Shown here one piece after another: positions 1 to 13,900 of a DNA stretch of 64,000 bases (within the stretch, counting starts at the first letter, position 1; every line of letters starts with the position of its first letter). A program made the position numbers and the translations under genes. The notes under the pieces were generated by a model. The model made no database searches, was not told where the DNA came from, and saw only the letters and a program-made list of their open reading frames with translations. Source of the DNA: Ginglymostoma cirratum. Its lineage: Eukaryota. Location: the NCBI GenBank assembly GCA_024137785.1, contig JAHRHZ010000222.1:39242817-39306816 (forward strand), in the 5' to 3' direction.

Positions 1-129
1 ACTGAAGGTGAAGTCATTCCTGCTGTATATCCTCATCATCCTCATTGGAAAACTGTTGCCACTTTCCCTGTTCTTCAGAGTCCATCTCCATCTCCTCTTT
101 GTCTGCTCCATCTATGGAATTGGATTTTG

Positions 130-950
130 TGGCATTGGGCCATATTGCAAGGGCCCCCAAAATGGTCCAAGGAACAGAACTTCATCTTCAGGCAGCCTAT
201 CATCTGCTTCAGGTGGTCCTGACGGAAGAAAGGGTTGTATTGTATCTTTGTTCAGCCTCAGTCAGGGGGTGTGTAATGGAGTCATCAGCCAAGGTTGCAG
301 AGGATAGTCCCTGTCTCTCAGTGACCATTCTTGGAAGGCATCTGGCCCTTAAAACAACATGAGAGTTCTCAAGGATATAAAAATCATGTCAACTTCTACG
401 GTACGTGGCATAGATTTCTTACTTGTGGTACCAGTGATCACAGTTGATTTGGATCGAAGAGGAGCCTTTTCTGTTGATGAAATTTTCCCCATTATGATAT
501 GGAACTCTCTTGTCACGAGGTGTACCATGCCCTGCACCAGGAGAAGCAAGCTAGATTGGTAAAGCCTACTGCCTGGTCTGCGGCACTGACCTCATCACAG
601 GGAAATTAAACGAAGCAGTAGGATCGGGCACCAACAGCATCAGTAATAACCTTGATACATCTGTGGGTTAAGGGTTGGGAGATCCTACACAGGTTCCTAG
701 AGGACCCTTGGAAACAGCCAGTTACACAAATGTTGAGCGCAGCTGTCACCTCGAAGACCACCTGAATAGGATCACCACTCCCACCTTCGGGTCGCAGGTA
801 CTGCTTCAGCACTTGACATAGTTCTCAGCGTTGGGGTCCTGGGACATCCACAGTGTCTGGTGACACTGTGCCACGCTCATCTGTAGGAATTGGCATTGAA
901 GATGATAGACTCTGACTGTCCAGTACCACCTCCTCATCCTGATGGGACCT
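130..950 (-). mobile_element. Degenerate PIF/Harbinger (HARBI1-like) DDE transposase fossil
   Basis: Frameshifted minus-strand pieces read LKQYLRPEGGSGDPIQVVFEVTAALNICVTGCFQGSSRNLCRISQPLTHRCIKVITDA (HTH region) and GDRDYPLQPWLMTPLHTPLTEAEQRYN...MIGCLKMKFCSLD, matching the Harbinger motifs GDxGYPLxxWLMTP and IGLLKMRFRCLD. Many stops and frameshifts. Confidence 0.8.
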
Positions 951-1611
951 TCAACTCTGCTGTCATCATGTAGAGGCTTTTAGCAGCCACTGGAAGTTGC
1001 TGCTGGTCCTGGGTTTGATGACACATTTGTTCCTCAATTTTTTCTGAGCCTTCATCACAACAGAACAACAATGCTGATAGCCCCTGCTGTGACAGGATCC
1101 ATTGGTCACAGTTCCAATGAATCTATGTGGGGAATATCAGAACAGAAGAGATTCTTAGTAATGTAAATAGTTAGTATTCACATCACACATAAAAGACACT
1201 TTATCATAGTTTTTGACATGGTGGGACATAGAGGAATGTGATAAGAATGTACATGGAATGACTTTACAGGAATCTTTGGCAAAATGGACCTTTTTCAATG
1301 ACTGTATCACAATCCATACAGTAAACACAGTACTGGCGGCAGGAAATACTGAATCTCTGCTCCACACCCTTACTCAACCCCATCACCGAAGAAATGTAGC
1401 ATTGCATACAACAGCAGGGTGGCAAATACAATGCACTGTATGTGCTTCATATGCAGGGTACCATGATTACAGATATCTTTAACCTGTATTGTATCAGTGC
1501 CTACTGAATATAATTGAAGGACGTCACATTGCTCACAGGTAGAGATGTGTTCAGACAGAAATTTTTGGGCATGGTGGCAGCCATTTTCCATTTTGTACTT
1601 GTGGTTCAGAT

Positions 1612-1908
1612 AACGGGGGATTTCTAGATTAGGGGGCACATTTTTAAGATGAGAGGAGAGAGATTTAGAAAAGATATGACAGGGAAATTTTTACACTGGG
1701 GTGGTTTGCATGTGGAATGAACTTGCTGAGGAAGTGGTGGATGCAGGTACATTTACAACGTCTAAAAGACATTTGGATAAGTACATGAATAGAAAAGGTT
1801 TGGAGGGATATGGGCCAGGAGCAGGCAGGTGGGACTATTTTAGTTTAGGATTATGTTCAGCGTGGACGGGTTGACTGAAGGGTCTGTTTCCATGCTCTAT
1901 GATTCCAT
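1612..1908 (+). mobile_element. CR1-type LINE 3' fragment
   Basis: Typical CR1 ORF2 end (..RGHIFKMRGERFRKDMTGKF..W..LxEEVVDAGTFTTSKRHLDKYMN), followed by a 3'UTR ending GGGTCTGTTTCCATGCTCTATGATTCCAT. Confidence 0.8.
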
Positions 1909-2689
1909 AACACAGGTCATACTTCACAGAGTGAGTCACTGGCTCAGTCCTGGGCTCTACATGACCCCTCCCTTCCAAACTTTCATGTTCCTGCTTTCCT
2001 CGCACACTCTCTCAACTCCATCAGTCCTGAGCTTTCACACAACTGTTCCATTAATGTTTTTATCTCCTCATCTTACCTGAAAAGTGAATGTTGTTGGGCT
2101 GCTCGAAAACCAGTGCCAACTTCTGTGAATGGGGGCTTCAGGCGGATGCTGCCCATTGACAATACCCTGGGATGTTGAGAATAGCTGGCCAAGGTGGAGC
2201 TCAGAGGAGGAAATAGCAAGTTGAAACCACCAGTACCTGCTCCAACTTTCATGTTGTGAATTGTCACTTTTTAGTTTCTCTCTGCTTTGCAGTAGAATAG
2301 CAAACTGGATATAAATGAGGCATGTACAGGTGAACAATGAGATTTAGTGTATATAAATAGACTCTTGCTGCTCAATGATAAGACTCTCATTTCACCATTC
2401 AAGCTTTGGGTGGAAAATCGGACGTTTTTTCTCTCAAAATTGACAATCTCATTTTTCCAACTTCGTCATGTTTTCCCAACTGACTTACCATTGCCCACCT
2501 TGTGTGGGAGCTGGGAAAATTCAGCCCTGGTTCCCTTTAATTAGAATAATGAAGGTAGAGGAGATGCAGGAAAGATGTTCAAAACAGTGAGGGGTTTTTG
2601 ATAACCTTTGATCAAAGTAATGAATATCTAATTCTGTGAGTCAGTAACTGGAGTCTGGGCTCCTCCCTATGTCTAAAATCTCTTCCCGT

Positions 2690-3030
2690 ATGCCAACCAT
2701 CCAAGACCTCTGATCTTCTCCCATTCTGACATCTTGCACATTCCTGTTTTCATCACTACACCATTGTTCTCTTTACTCTTGTCTCAGTTTCGAAATCTGA
2801 AAATCTTAGCATAATAAAAAAGATGCCATGCAAATTCAATCCATATCTGCGTATTTGAGTTTCAGCTGCCTTAGCTGTAAGGTCTGGAGTCCCTTCATAA
2901 ACCTATCCAATTCTCTTTCCTCATTTTAAGAGGCTTGTTCAAACATCTCTTTGACTAAGCTGAGATCTCCTGTCCTAATAACTCCATTTATGACTCACTG
3001 CCAAATTTTGTCTGATAATGCCTTTCTTCT
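2690..3030 (+). mobile_element. Old L2-type LINE 3' fragment (interrupted)
   Basis: Resembles the 3' part of the L2 copy at 6600-6850 (..TTCAGCTGCC..TGGAGTCCCTT..AAACATCTCTTTGACTAAGCT). Confidence 0.5.
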
Positions 3031-3199
3031 TAATCTTCATTATTCTAATGAGAAAAGTCTAGGGTGGAATTTTTCCAGACCTTGAGCGACATGGGTAATG
3101 GTGAAAGATTTGAGAAAATACAGTGCAAATGAAAATTTCAGAAACGCCTTGAAACGTTTTACAACATTAAAGGCACTATGAAAATGTAGGTTATTGTTG

Positions 3200-3440
3200 T
3201 AGAGCCAGAAATGTAATATCACCACTCAGAATAAAGGAAGGTATTGGAAGAACATTTCACTTTGCACAATGTTTTTAGGATCTGGAATGCCCTATCGGGA
3301 AAAACAATGAAAGCAGATCTGTATTTGAAAAAGAAGAATTTCAGAGTGGTATGAGAAACAGACGGGAATATGAGAGTAAATATTCAGAACATTGGCACAG
3401 GTGGGATAGGCTGAAATGGCTTCCTTCTGAGCTGTAACAC
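3200..3440 (+). mobile_element. Degenerate CR1 3' end
   Basis: ..GGATCTGGAATGCCCT..GGCACAGGTGGGATAGGCTGAAATGGCTTCCTTCTGAGCTGTAA resembles a CR1 tail. Confidence 0.55.
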
Positions 3441-6309
3441 AGATTTTATAAAAACACAAATGTTCAAGGTTGTAGAGATATAAATAGAGTTGGCTGAATT
3501 GGAATACATTTTGATGTATTTATGCACAGCTCCTGGTTGGGAGAAACCACTAAAGCTGAGGAGTAAGGGTAGTTTCTTCTTTACAGAAAGACCTGCAGAT
3601 TTTCAAATAAGCAGACGTGTATTGAATCTTAAAGGCATCTCCTTTAATACGCCAAAATTTACAGTTTTAAAAAATAACATCAGCCTAAAGGGGACAAGGC
3701 TTGTGTCACTGTAATGAGCTGCCATCTCTACAATCCACAGAAATTAGTTTGTAATACTCAAAACGCTAAATGTTTAAAGAAAGCAGAGATCATTTTGAGT
3801 AGGTGATAGTATTAAAGCTGTCTGCTGGGTACAATCATTTTTCAATTTTCAAACCAGTCTCTTGTAAATCAGCAAGGAATAGCCTTTGCCTCATGCATGA
3901 TTGTTTCTGGTGTTTGCTATTGTACCTGACTGGTGAATTCTCCAAAAATGTGTTACTTTCTTTTTCAATTTTCATTCAGTGACTAGTGTATAAGAAGAGC
4001 TGTGCTGAGAAGTAATGTGTGCTTGTAGTCCTGACTCTGGCTCCAAAAAGTAGTATGGAATCTACTATGAGGTTGAGTCTTCTGCCTGGATGGAAGAGAT
4101 GAGCGAGATGAGGCTAGACAATCTACAAGCCATTCAACTGGTCTAGTCTTTGCCCATATTTGTAGCTGATTAGAGTGCACTCTCAGAAAGGCCCATGAAA
4201 GCATAATCTCATCTCATTTATTGAGGATTAAAGAGGGAGAAAATCAATTCTGTTTTAGGAAAATATTCAAAATAAACATCATTCGAATTGTAACTGATAG
4301 TCAGGTATACCTTGCTTAACAGATACTTTGAATGTGTTAATGAGGATACCATATTGCAAATATTTTGGTCTAGACTAATGATGTAAAATTCAAGCTAATT
4401 CATTTTTTAAAAAAGACAAAATTATGCCTGTGAGGCACAAGATTTCTACTGACAGGCCCAGAATAATTTTCTTTATGTTTGCTGTCTTGTTGCTTGATGC
4501 AGCCTCACAAACAAAATAAGAAATGAGTCAGGCACATGCAATTACAGTCAATTATGATTTGAAAACATAATCATTTAATGAATTTTATATCGCTGGGTAG
4601 TTAGTTTGAGTGTTTTCAGACAGACGTGTGAAGGTTGATATTCCAAGCAATTCATTGTATTCAACAAAAAGGGCTGTTGTATTCCATTTTTGATTATATA
4701 CACATGCCACATCCTGATGCAGCAAAAGAATGCAATAAAGCAGGAAAACTTATTATTAAAATTGCTTTTGGCTCACCAAAATGTTTGAAACATCTTTCCT
4801 GCATTTGAAAAATGTTTTTCATTTTTATTTTATATTTTTAAAGATAAGAAAATCAGGACTACCCTCTGGACAGCCCTTACTCTACAGGACCTTCATACTA
4901 AACAACAGAGTTTGGAAAATAAGTCTTCTAGATTCAGAAATTCTCAAAAGAAGGTGATACCAATGTGCATTGCAGATAAGCTTAGACTCTTCTTTCAATC
5001 CCAGCAGTTCTTAGTACATTTGATTTTCAGCATTCACGGTCCAAAAAGTTTATTATTTTAAATATGTTGTGCATGAATTGTTATCAATGGGCAATAATGG
5101 TGCTCTGTGGCCATTCGGTTTTTGTTACTAAGCTCCCACTAAAAAGCAGGAAGCACAGGTACATTTTCAGCTGGATGTTTCTTGATCCATTATATTCAGA
5201 AAAGAGAGAAAATGATGTGTGCACACTTGAACCAGCCTTTAGGCTCTCAGCATTTGCCGCAAGAACTCACAATAAAACACTTACTGTGAGGTATTCAGTA
5301 AATTAATATGAGATCAAATGCTACTATGAGTTTTTGAAATGTACTTATCTGAAAGTAAAGAGCTGGGAAGATCAGAAGGTGCCCACTCCCCAGCAGTCTC
5401 ATTTTCCACCATTTCCCACATCTGATCATTACCTCTTCTTTGACCCAGTCTCTGATCCTTCCCCCTGGCCTCTTATCTCCTACGTGCCACTTGTCACAAG
5501 GCCACAAGAATGCTAACAGTGACCGAATCTTGGTACATTTGTTGATTGACTATTTACTTGCATCAGAGTGGCTACAGCTCTGAGGTTAACCTACTCAGAT
5601 GCTCCTTATGACAGAGGAAAGCACTAGACTATAAGTGTGTTCCACATCCGAGCTCTCAATCTGCAAGAAGATTAACTCATCCAGCACAATGAAAGTTTAT
5701 ATGCAAAAGATTAATGGCTCTGTATCTGCTTGACAGTGTGGAAATTCCTGTCCTGAATTTGGGTCAAGATTTATTGTGAATGCTACAAAGAATATGTACA
5801 CTTCTTGTTCATTTTCAATCAATTTTAATCACTATGGATGAGTGTAATGACTTAATTGCCACCTTGCTCCAAGCAGCCAGAAGCTGTTTTTTAACTGCAA
5901 GGTCACCAACAGTCCGAAGTAATGTCATTTTGGGGTACCACTTGCAGCAGAACCTCCAAAAAGCTGTTACCATACTGCATTTTGTTCCAATTCCCAGCCA
6001 AATTTTCTACAGGCCAAATTATGTAGAATTTACAACATCAAAACTGATCATTTGGCACAATCATTTGCCAGAATTTAAGCTTTACATGAGCCTTTTCCCA
6101 ATCCACTTCAACTCTATTAGCAAATCCTTCCATTCTTATCTCCCTTGTTTATTTAACGTCCCTTCTATATGTATTGATATACAGATCAACTGCTCCGTAT
6201 AGTCACAAGTTCTACATCCTAACTACACACAGGGCAAAGATGTTTCTCCAGAATTCCTTATTTGATCCATTAATGACTATAACATTGCTTGACTTAGCTC
6301 AGTCTTAGC

Positions 6310-6900
6310 TCACCGGCTGCTGAAACCTATTCCTTTGTTACCTCTGGACTTAATTACATTAATGCACTCCCGGCTAGTCTCCCATGTTCTATCCTCCATA
6401 AACTTAAGGTCATCCAAAAATCTGCTGCCCATGTCATACCTGCAGCAAACCAATTCCCCTATTATTTCTCTTTTCACTGATCTACACTGGTTCCCAGTCA
6501 AGCAATATCTTGCTTTGAAATTATTATCCTTGTTTTTCAAAGGTCTCTATTGCCTTGCACCTCCTCATTTCTGTAACCTCCTCCAATCCCATTACCTTCT
6601 AAGATATCTGTGCTGCTCTAAATCTGGCTCCTGTGAATTCCCAGATATAATTGATCTACTACAGGAAACCATGACTTCAGTTGCTAAGACCCCAAGCTCT
6701 CAAATTACTTCCCTAAACCACACTGTCTCTGTAACTCGCTTTCCTTCTTTCAGGGACTTCATAAAACCTACCTCTTTCACCAAGCTTTTGGTCATCTGAC
6801 CTAAAATTTCTTTACCTGACTCAGTATGATATTTTGTTTATAATGCTGAACTTCAACAGAACATGAAATTACATTAAAGATTTTTATATAAATATTAATT
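6310..6900 (+). mobile_element. L2-clade LINE ORF2 C-terminal fragment and 3'UTR
   Basis: ORF 6335-6799 contains SPIISLFTDLHWFPVKQYLALKLLSLFFKGLYCLAPPHFCNLLQ, matching the L2 signature ITPVLxxLHWLPV..FKILLLVFKxLHGLAPxYL. Confidence 0.8.
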
Positions 6901-7159
6901 GTTGTTATTATCAAATATTTATGGCCTCTGATTTTGAAGTCTTCCAAGAGTGGAAACTCTTTTCTACATTTAACTTATCTAGTCATACATTTCCTTAAGG
7001 ACCAATATTAGATCACCCTTCAGCCTTCCCTTTTCTACAGAGACCTGACTTGTTCAGTTTTTCCAGATAATGATAACCTCTCACTGCAGGCACATTCTCA
7101 AAAATATTCCCTCTACCTTTCCAGTACTCTCTGTGTATCCATGTATTTAATATGCAATC

Positions 7160-7575
7160 GCACATTAGGAAGGAAGTGAAGGCGTTAGAGAAGATGAAGA
7201 AAAGATTTATGAGAATGGGTCCGGGGTTGAAGGAATTCAGTTACAGGGATAAATTGTAGTAGCAGGATTTTTCTCCCTTAAGACAACGTTGAGAGGAGAT
7301 TCAGTGGAGGCGTTCAAAATCAAAAGGGATCTGTACAATGTAGATTGGGAGAAACTATTCCCTTGACAGAAGGATCAAGAATAAGAGGATACCAATTTAA
7401 GGTCAATAACAAAGGAATCAAACCAAGCAAGTGGTTAATTTTTGGAATGTACTTCTTCATTGTGAGATGGAGGCAGATTCAATCCTGGCTTTCAAAATTA
7501 TCTATGTAGGGCCAAAAGGAAAGGGAAGAAGTTCAACTAGCTGAAACCACATTTGTGCAGTAACCATCCTATGAT
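7160..7575 (+). mobile_element. Degenerate CR1 LINE 3' fragment
   Basis: RKEVKALEKMKKRFMRMGPGLKEFSYRDKL.. and LRGDSVEAFKI, matching CR1 ORF2 C-terminal motifs. Confidence 0.7.
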
Positions 7576-8853
7576 TTTGTGCTTCTATGAAAACCAGAAC
7601 CATGCAGATTACTCCAGGTTTGGTGTAATCAAATTCTTTCTCTTCACCAGCAGTCTATTCAAATCAGGGTTAAAGACTCCCATTGGTAATGCAATTGGGC
7701 CAGACCTCAAATCTGCAGGCTGATGCTTTGGGTCAGCTTTCTTGTCATTTTAACAAATGTTGGAAAATTAAGGACCATAAATTTGTTTTACAGATGGAAT
7801 CCCCACTGCTGTTAGGTAGTTAGTTTACTTAAGCCATTTATTAAGGTTATAAATTTGTAATGCTTTATACATGCTATAGTTCTTCTGCAAAATACACCGA
7901 TGATAAACGTCACAGCTGTGATTTATCACTGATAATTTGATATTGAAAGAAAAACAGTAGTAGCATTGTGAAGGTTTTTTAAACTCCGAATTGTAAACCA
8001 GCACTTCAGAAAACACACTGCTGGTGGCAGGGGTAGTAATGTATGCTTATTTTCTCCCTAATTGCTTGAGAAGGAGATATTGCCAGTTTATACATACACT
8101 GAGTTTTGATCCAGAAGGCCTTTTGATGTGATGATAGCTGTAATTTAAAAAAAACAGTTACCATATTTTCTTTGGTACTTGATATTCTTTGATGCACTAA
8201 ACATAAATAATCTAAAAATAGCTGTTTCAATGCCTTAATACACTATTAGAGGATCTGTCTTTAATTGCCATCATATGTAACAAATATTGTGATATGACAT
8301 GGGTAATAACTATGCTTAAAATAGATTAAACTGAAGTCAACGCGACTACTATTACAGTTTCCAAGCAGAGAGATAATTGTCTTATGAGATCTGGAAAATG
8401 CAGTTAGCTGTGGAGATTATTGGCCATTATAATGAGGGCTATGTATAAGGATGGAGCTCATTTCAACTTTGGCCTCACATGCCATGCAACAGCATAGCTA
8501 TTAACTATATGTGAGGAATTGTAAGGCTCAAAGATGAGTAGGTTTGCACAGCCGGGATTTAATTTTTTTAAGACCTCAAACTCAAATCCAAATCTCCTAA
8601 TTTTGAATTCAGCAGAAACAGATTGGGAGGGTGGACAACAAAATATTTCAATAGGCCTGTATATATTAGATTTTAGCTCCATTTTAAGTTTAACCCTGAC
8701 TGGCTAGATTTCATGCCTGTGGAAACTCAACAGTTGATGGTAGGCATAGACTGGAAGACAACTGCATGAAAGAGGTTAGTGCCTTGACAGCACAGCTTGT
8801 GGACCAGGAGGAGCAGGAATTCTACCCATCAGTCCTTCAAGTGAATCTGCTGA

Positions 8854-9233
8854 CATAGAAACTTAGAAGCCTTACAGTGTGGAAGCAGGCCATTTGGCCT
8901 ATTGAGTTCACACTGACCCTCTGACAAGCATCCCACTCAGACTGCTTCCCCCCAACCCCCACCACCCCCATTCCTATGCCTGTAATCCTGCATTCCCTGT
9001 GGCTAACCCAACTAGCCTGCACATCCCTGGACACTATAGGCAATTTAGCATGGCCAATCCACCTAACCTGCAAATCTTTGGACTGAGAGAGGAAATTGGA
9101 CCAACCTGAAGGAAACCCATGCAGACACAGGGAGAATGTGTCAACTCAACACAGACAGTCACCTGCAGCTGGAATCGAACCGGGGTCTCTGGCACTGTGA
9201 GGCAGCAGTATTAACTACTGAGTCACCGTACCA
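8854..9233 (-). mobile_element. HE1-type tRNA-derived SINE (shark V-SINE), near full length
   Basis: Minus strand begins GGTACGGTGACTCAGTAGTTAATACTGCTGCCTCACAGTGCCAGAGACCCCGGTTCGATTCC (A/B boxes), followed by a V-SINE-like central domain and a CR1-like tail. Confidence 0.85.
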
Positions 9234-10037
9234 ACAATTGGCTACTGGGCTGTCCTTGCTACTTATACCCAAAATATCACTGACTCCGCATCTCTGCCAT
9301 GATAGGGACCCTCTGTGATCAAACCCCTCATGTTATCCCTGATGATTCTTGATTATGTCAGAAATTTCTCCTTCCTTGTGATGTCAATGAACAACACACC
9401 AACGTCAACTCCTCAAAAGCAAAACACCTTCCACAAATGTGGAATCCTGCCCCGTGATTTGACCTCTCTCAATATCACCAAAGCTTGCTGCACCCCCTTG
9501 ATTCACTCTCACTTCACCCCTTCACTACCACTGAGTGATTATTGATTCATTTAACCATAAATAGTATTTCCATGATATTAGCGACTACCCAAAATTGGAA
9601 ACCTCCAAGATCACTGAACCACACTCCCCAACTAATTTACCTCTGACAATGACCCTTCCAAAAAAACTTTGATCAACCTCACAACACTACAAATAATTTG
9701 CTACTCAGCTCTATCAACCCCTGCAATCTCTACTGAAATAGTGCAAACTCATAGGATTGATTGTTATGCATTTTGGCTAAGTGGAAGTTATGTCAAGTTT
9801 TTTGGAGAGTTTTTCGTTGCAATGCCTACCATGTTTTCTCGTCATATCTTACAAATCTTGCCTAATTAACTATCTACACTCCCCCTACAGCATCCCTCTC
9901 ACATGATTCTAGCCTCAACTCACTATGGTCCATTCCTGGAATAATTTATCACTCATTAGATATCCTGGAAAATGCCTAGCATCCAGTGCCATATTTAAAA
10001 GCCTTTTTTGCACGTAGAGAAGCACCATCAATCTAGA

Positions 10038-10338
10038 ACATAGAACATAGAACAGTACAGCACACTACAGGCCCTTCGGCCCACGATGTTGTGCCGAACT
10101 TTTATCCTAAACCTAAGGTCTATCTAACCTCCACCCCTACCTTGTACTATCATCCATATGCCTATCTAATAGCTGCTTAAATGCCCCAAATGAGGCCGAC
10201 TCCACTACCCTCTCCGGCAATGCATTCCATGCCCCTACCACTCTCTGAGTAAAGAACCTGCCTCTGACGTCTCCTGTATATCTACCTCCACTCACTTTAA
10301 TACTGTGCCACCTCGTAATAGCTACCTTCACCCTAGCG
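10038..10338 (-). mobile_element. Relatively young 5'-truncated CR1 LINE with a 9-bp target-site duplication
   Basis: ORF 10137-10331 reads TRWHSIKVSGGRYTGDVRGRFFTQRVVGAWNALPERVVESASFGAFKQLLDRHMD. It has a (TAGAACA)n tail and flanking CAATCTAGA direct repeats at 10029-10037 and 10339-10347. Confidence 0.9.
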
Positions 10339-10849
10339 CAATCTAGAGCTACTCTGCATGGTTTCTGACATTTGCCCCAGGCATGGCAGACATGGGGAAA
10401 TTGATATCCTTCTTTTTTTGGGCAGGGAACTGGAGGTCCTGCTGTACGGGTAAGTGCTCAGGTGAGATGTCCTCATTCACCAAACCCAGCTGTGGAAGCC
10501 ACCTGGCTCAGTGCAGTCTCAACCATCTGGTGGAATGACTGGCACTGTGTAGGAGGAAGCTAGTGTAGGAGGAAGTCCTTCCGCACTCTGCCAGGATAAG
10601 TGTCATAATCTCCTTTCCAATACCTCACACTCATTCTACATCAATTACTATAGCCACCCCCCAATGAAGGCTGATGGCTTACCACTCTCTATATTGCCTG
10701 CAACATCTTCCCTCACTCACTGACACCCACTCCAACCCCCAACACCACCAACCCTGCCTGCCCTCTGCACTTGCTCAGGACACTTCCCCAAAACTAACCG
10801 CTGTGCTAGCCACTTTCATTTCTCACAAAACCTGCCTCGTTCTCATTCT

Positions 10850-10945
10850 AGGAGGAAAACAGCCCTCATTAGGGCAGAAAGAGTCCACACAGGAGGTGGG
10901 CTGTTCTACATTCGTCGTCTCATCCTTTTGTGGAGAGCATCACAA
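10850..10945 (+). mobile_element. Probable Harbinger Myb/SANT-like second-ORF remnant
   Basis: Translates as RKTALIRAERVHTGGGLFYIRRL after a pyrimidine tract and AG. Resembles the K.AHNxRERxxTGGG motif of Myb/SANT-like Harbinger partner proteins. Confidence 0.4.
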
Positions 10946-13900
10946 ACAGCTGACTGACTATGTCCAAGCCCCTGGACAAGTATCAATGAGGCTGCCCTTG
11001 ACTTACTGCGCCAGCACCTTCTGAGCAAAATCTATCTCCCTGGCCTTGACTGAGGCTTCTGGCAACCAGGACAAGCTTCTTAGCTTTGTATCAGTGTTAA
11101 AACAAGACCAAACATAATGTGAGCATGGTATCTCTGGCTGAGGGGGCAAAGTGCACAAAGACAAGGCAAGGTAAGAATACTGTCAGCATTCAGGTAGGAT
11201 CAGAGTGAGTGACTATGACAGCAAGTGAAGAGCCTGGAGGTACAGACCAGTCCTGTCAATGAGCTGGGTGTGTGTCCCTGAGTGCACAGTGTCCTTGCTG
11301 CATTATTACAAGATAGTGGCTGGTGCAGCATAAGATGCGGCACTGATGTGCAGTAGTGTACTGTAAATGTATTAGAGATGTGTCGTGAGGATTCTTAGAG
11401 GTTGACAAATGTTTGACGTCAATTTTATCGGACATGAAGTGTGTGTGATCATTGACCATGAGCGTGTCCTGAGGTACTGGAACCCAGTGGCCTCCAACAA
11501 GCAGATCCTTCAGAGCAAGCAGTGAGCTGAAGTTACCTGTTCTGATTTCTGTGTCAAGAATTCTCAATATCTAGCTTGTGAGGCGTGTATGGTAAAATGA
11601 CTGGTAGTAAATATTAACTGAAGAGAGTGTGTTATTAATAAGGAATTTATCAAGCTATAAATTCTCCCTTAATTGGCAGTTAGTTGCTGTCTAGCAAGAA
11701 ACTTGTGTTGCCACTTGGCAAATGCATTAAAGATACAGCCAGATGCTTTCAATTTTGAGATAGACCTCACCCAAATTCTTGCGTGGTTCAGCCACAAATC
11801 TCACCGTAGTCCATCTCACCCCAATAAGGTTCTGCCCACAGTAACCTCTGATACTGCCTTTGCTGCAGTCTTCCCTGCCAAAGAACTTTAAAGCTCCACA
11901 GTGTTCAGATCCATCAGGACTCTTCCCCAAAATTGGAAATCCTGCCCTAGTAAACACAGGCGGCCCTAATATTAGAACAACTTGAATAGCTTTCCTTGTT
12001 TTATATTTAGGAACAACTGTTTTCAGCGGTCTTACCTTATTCAAAAATGCTGTTGAAGTTTAATTTTACCCTTTTCTGTCAACCTCTTGCTGCTTTTTCA
12101 AACTGGAATTATAAGATTGAGACATACTGTTGAGGAATCCAGGTACATTTGATATGAATTCAAAACATGCAGACTTTCACACCCTCTCCTGTAAAACTGT
12201 TTAAAATACAATTTGATACTATTTCTATTGCAAAACAAAAATTAGTAGGACAAATCTCAGTCTGCTTTGATAAGGTTCTCCTTTCACGAGACTATTTCTT
12301 TTCTTTGCCTTTCAATCATTGCAGAGAAATGTCAGTTTGAGCTGTTAAAACAAGCAGCAAATTAAGAAAGCATTGTGTAGCACTGCTGCAGAATAATTGC
12401 TGCGCACAGTGGTAATGTACAAATGCCTCACATGGATGCAACATTATTTTCCACAATTTTGCTCTCAGCCTGCAGATAGCCAGAGTGACCTGCAACATGC
12501 TTCCTAAACTTTAACATATCAAGTAGAGGAGAAAATATGTCCCTTTAGTTCACATGGTGAGGCAAAATTCTGTACTACAATGATAAATTATGTACAAAGA
12601 CGAGAAAGTACAGACCTGTTGATTCTTTGCCTTCTGCTTGTCAGATGTATGGCATGGAGAGTAGAGTATTCATCCTGCTAAATTTGTAGCACTGACAAAT
12701 ATCTTGGCATGGCAGGAACTTATGGCAGCAAACCTGATGAATTTGCCAAACATATTGCATGCCTGGCAGTCATCAGCAATCTTAACTCACTAGGGCCTGT
12801 TCATAGGAAAGATGACATGTACTAAGACATTGCTTACATGAACCTATTTCTGGGTGTCACTCAACCAGTGTTGTTTTTCGCTTCCTTCTCAAAACCTTCA
12901 AAGGTTATATTTTAACATATATTTATTAGAAGTTTTATTGTTGGCTTTAAGTGATGCTAAAGTGATTCCTCAAAAACTTCATGAAATAATTGCCCACTTG
13001 CCGAGAAAATATTGAAACTGCAAAAGAAGCTTTGCTTTGTCAGGAGGAAGAAAATAAAGAGAAATCGGCTGAGCTTCAAAGGGCACATTTCCATAATTGC
13101 CCTATAACTTTGGAAAAATAAATCTGAAGGGCTGAGAAAAGCACAATCTCTCAGATGAGTGCACTACAAAAGCCAAAGAGGTACCCAGTCCCACTTGTTA
13201 CTGTTCCAATTCAGTGAGAGAATCCTGCTCCCTACCCTCGGCAACAAAAGCCACAAAATCACTGTCCTCTTCTCTTAAAGGAGCTCGGAGAGAAGAATAG
13301 AATCTTATCCACCCTTTGTCTCAGTCTCAGCACCAACTACTCCTGGAAGGTTGTACTGCAGGTCTTCTGTGCTCAGAATTGCTGGATATCCCTTCTTTTG
13401 ACACTGACATTTTTGTTCACAACAAGACAAGCTTTTGTGGTGATATTCAGCAAGAACAATCAAGAGAGCCTAATAAACGGATTAGAAGGGCAGACAAAGT
13501 ACTGCGGTGGTTTCAAAGCTGGACCAACAATACAATAGAGATGACATTTGTTCATTTTGGGGCTCAAGCAAGCATTGGGTGAATGTGCTGTTCATGATGA
13601 TGCCAGTAAACAATGGGTGAAGTTGGAAAGAGGTTGAAAAACACCAGACGTCAGTCTTTGTTTCTTTGAGTATGGCTAAGGCATTTGCGGCTAAGTATTA
13701 GAAACTGCACTATTTTATTTGCTCTAGAATTTTCGCTTATTTGAATTATTGCTGATTGCTTTTTTTTTAAGCCTTGTGAGAAGATAAACATACAGTTCAT
13801 CACACAATATGAAGAATATATCTTTCAACTTAGTTATCCCATCATTGTTTATCTCTGTAAGAAAACATATGAATGCAGTTTAAAATTATTTTCCTCTTTG

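Noticed and set aside
130-950. Functional host HARBI1 gene
   Set aside because: Multiple stops, frameshifts and degenerate catalytic motifs indicate a transposon fossil.
9170-9233. tRNA-like A/B boxes as a tRNA gene (also about 17770-17808 and 61330-61365)
   Set aside because: These are SINE heads continuous with the SINE body and tail, with no complete cloverleaf.
10547-10576. Short tandem duplication GTGTAGGAGGAAG x2
   Set aside because: A single small slippage duplication inside decayed repeat sequence.
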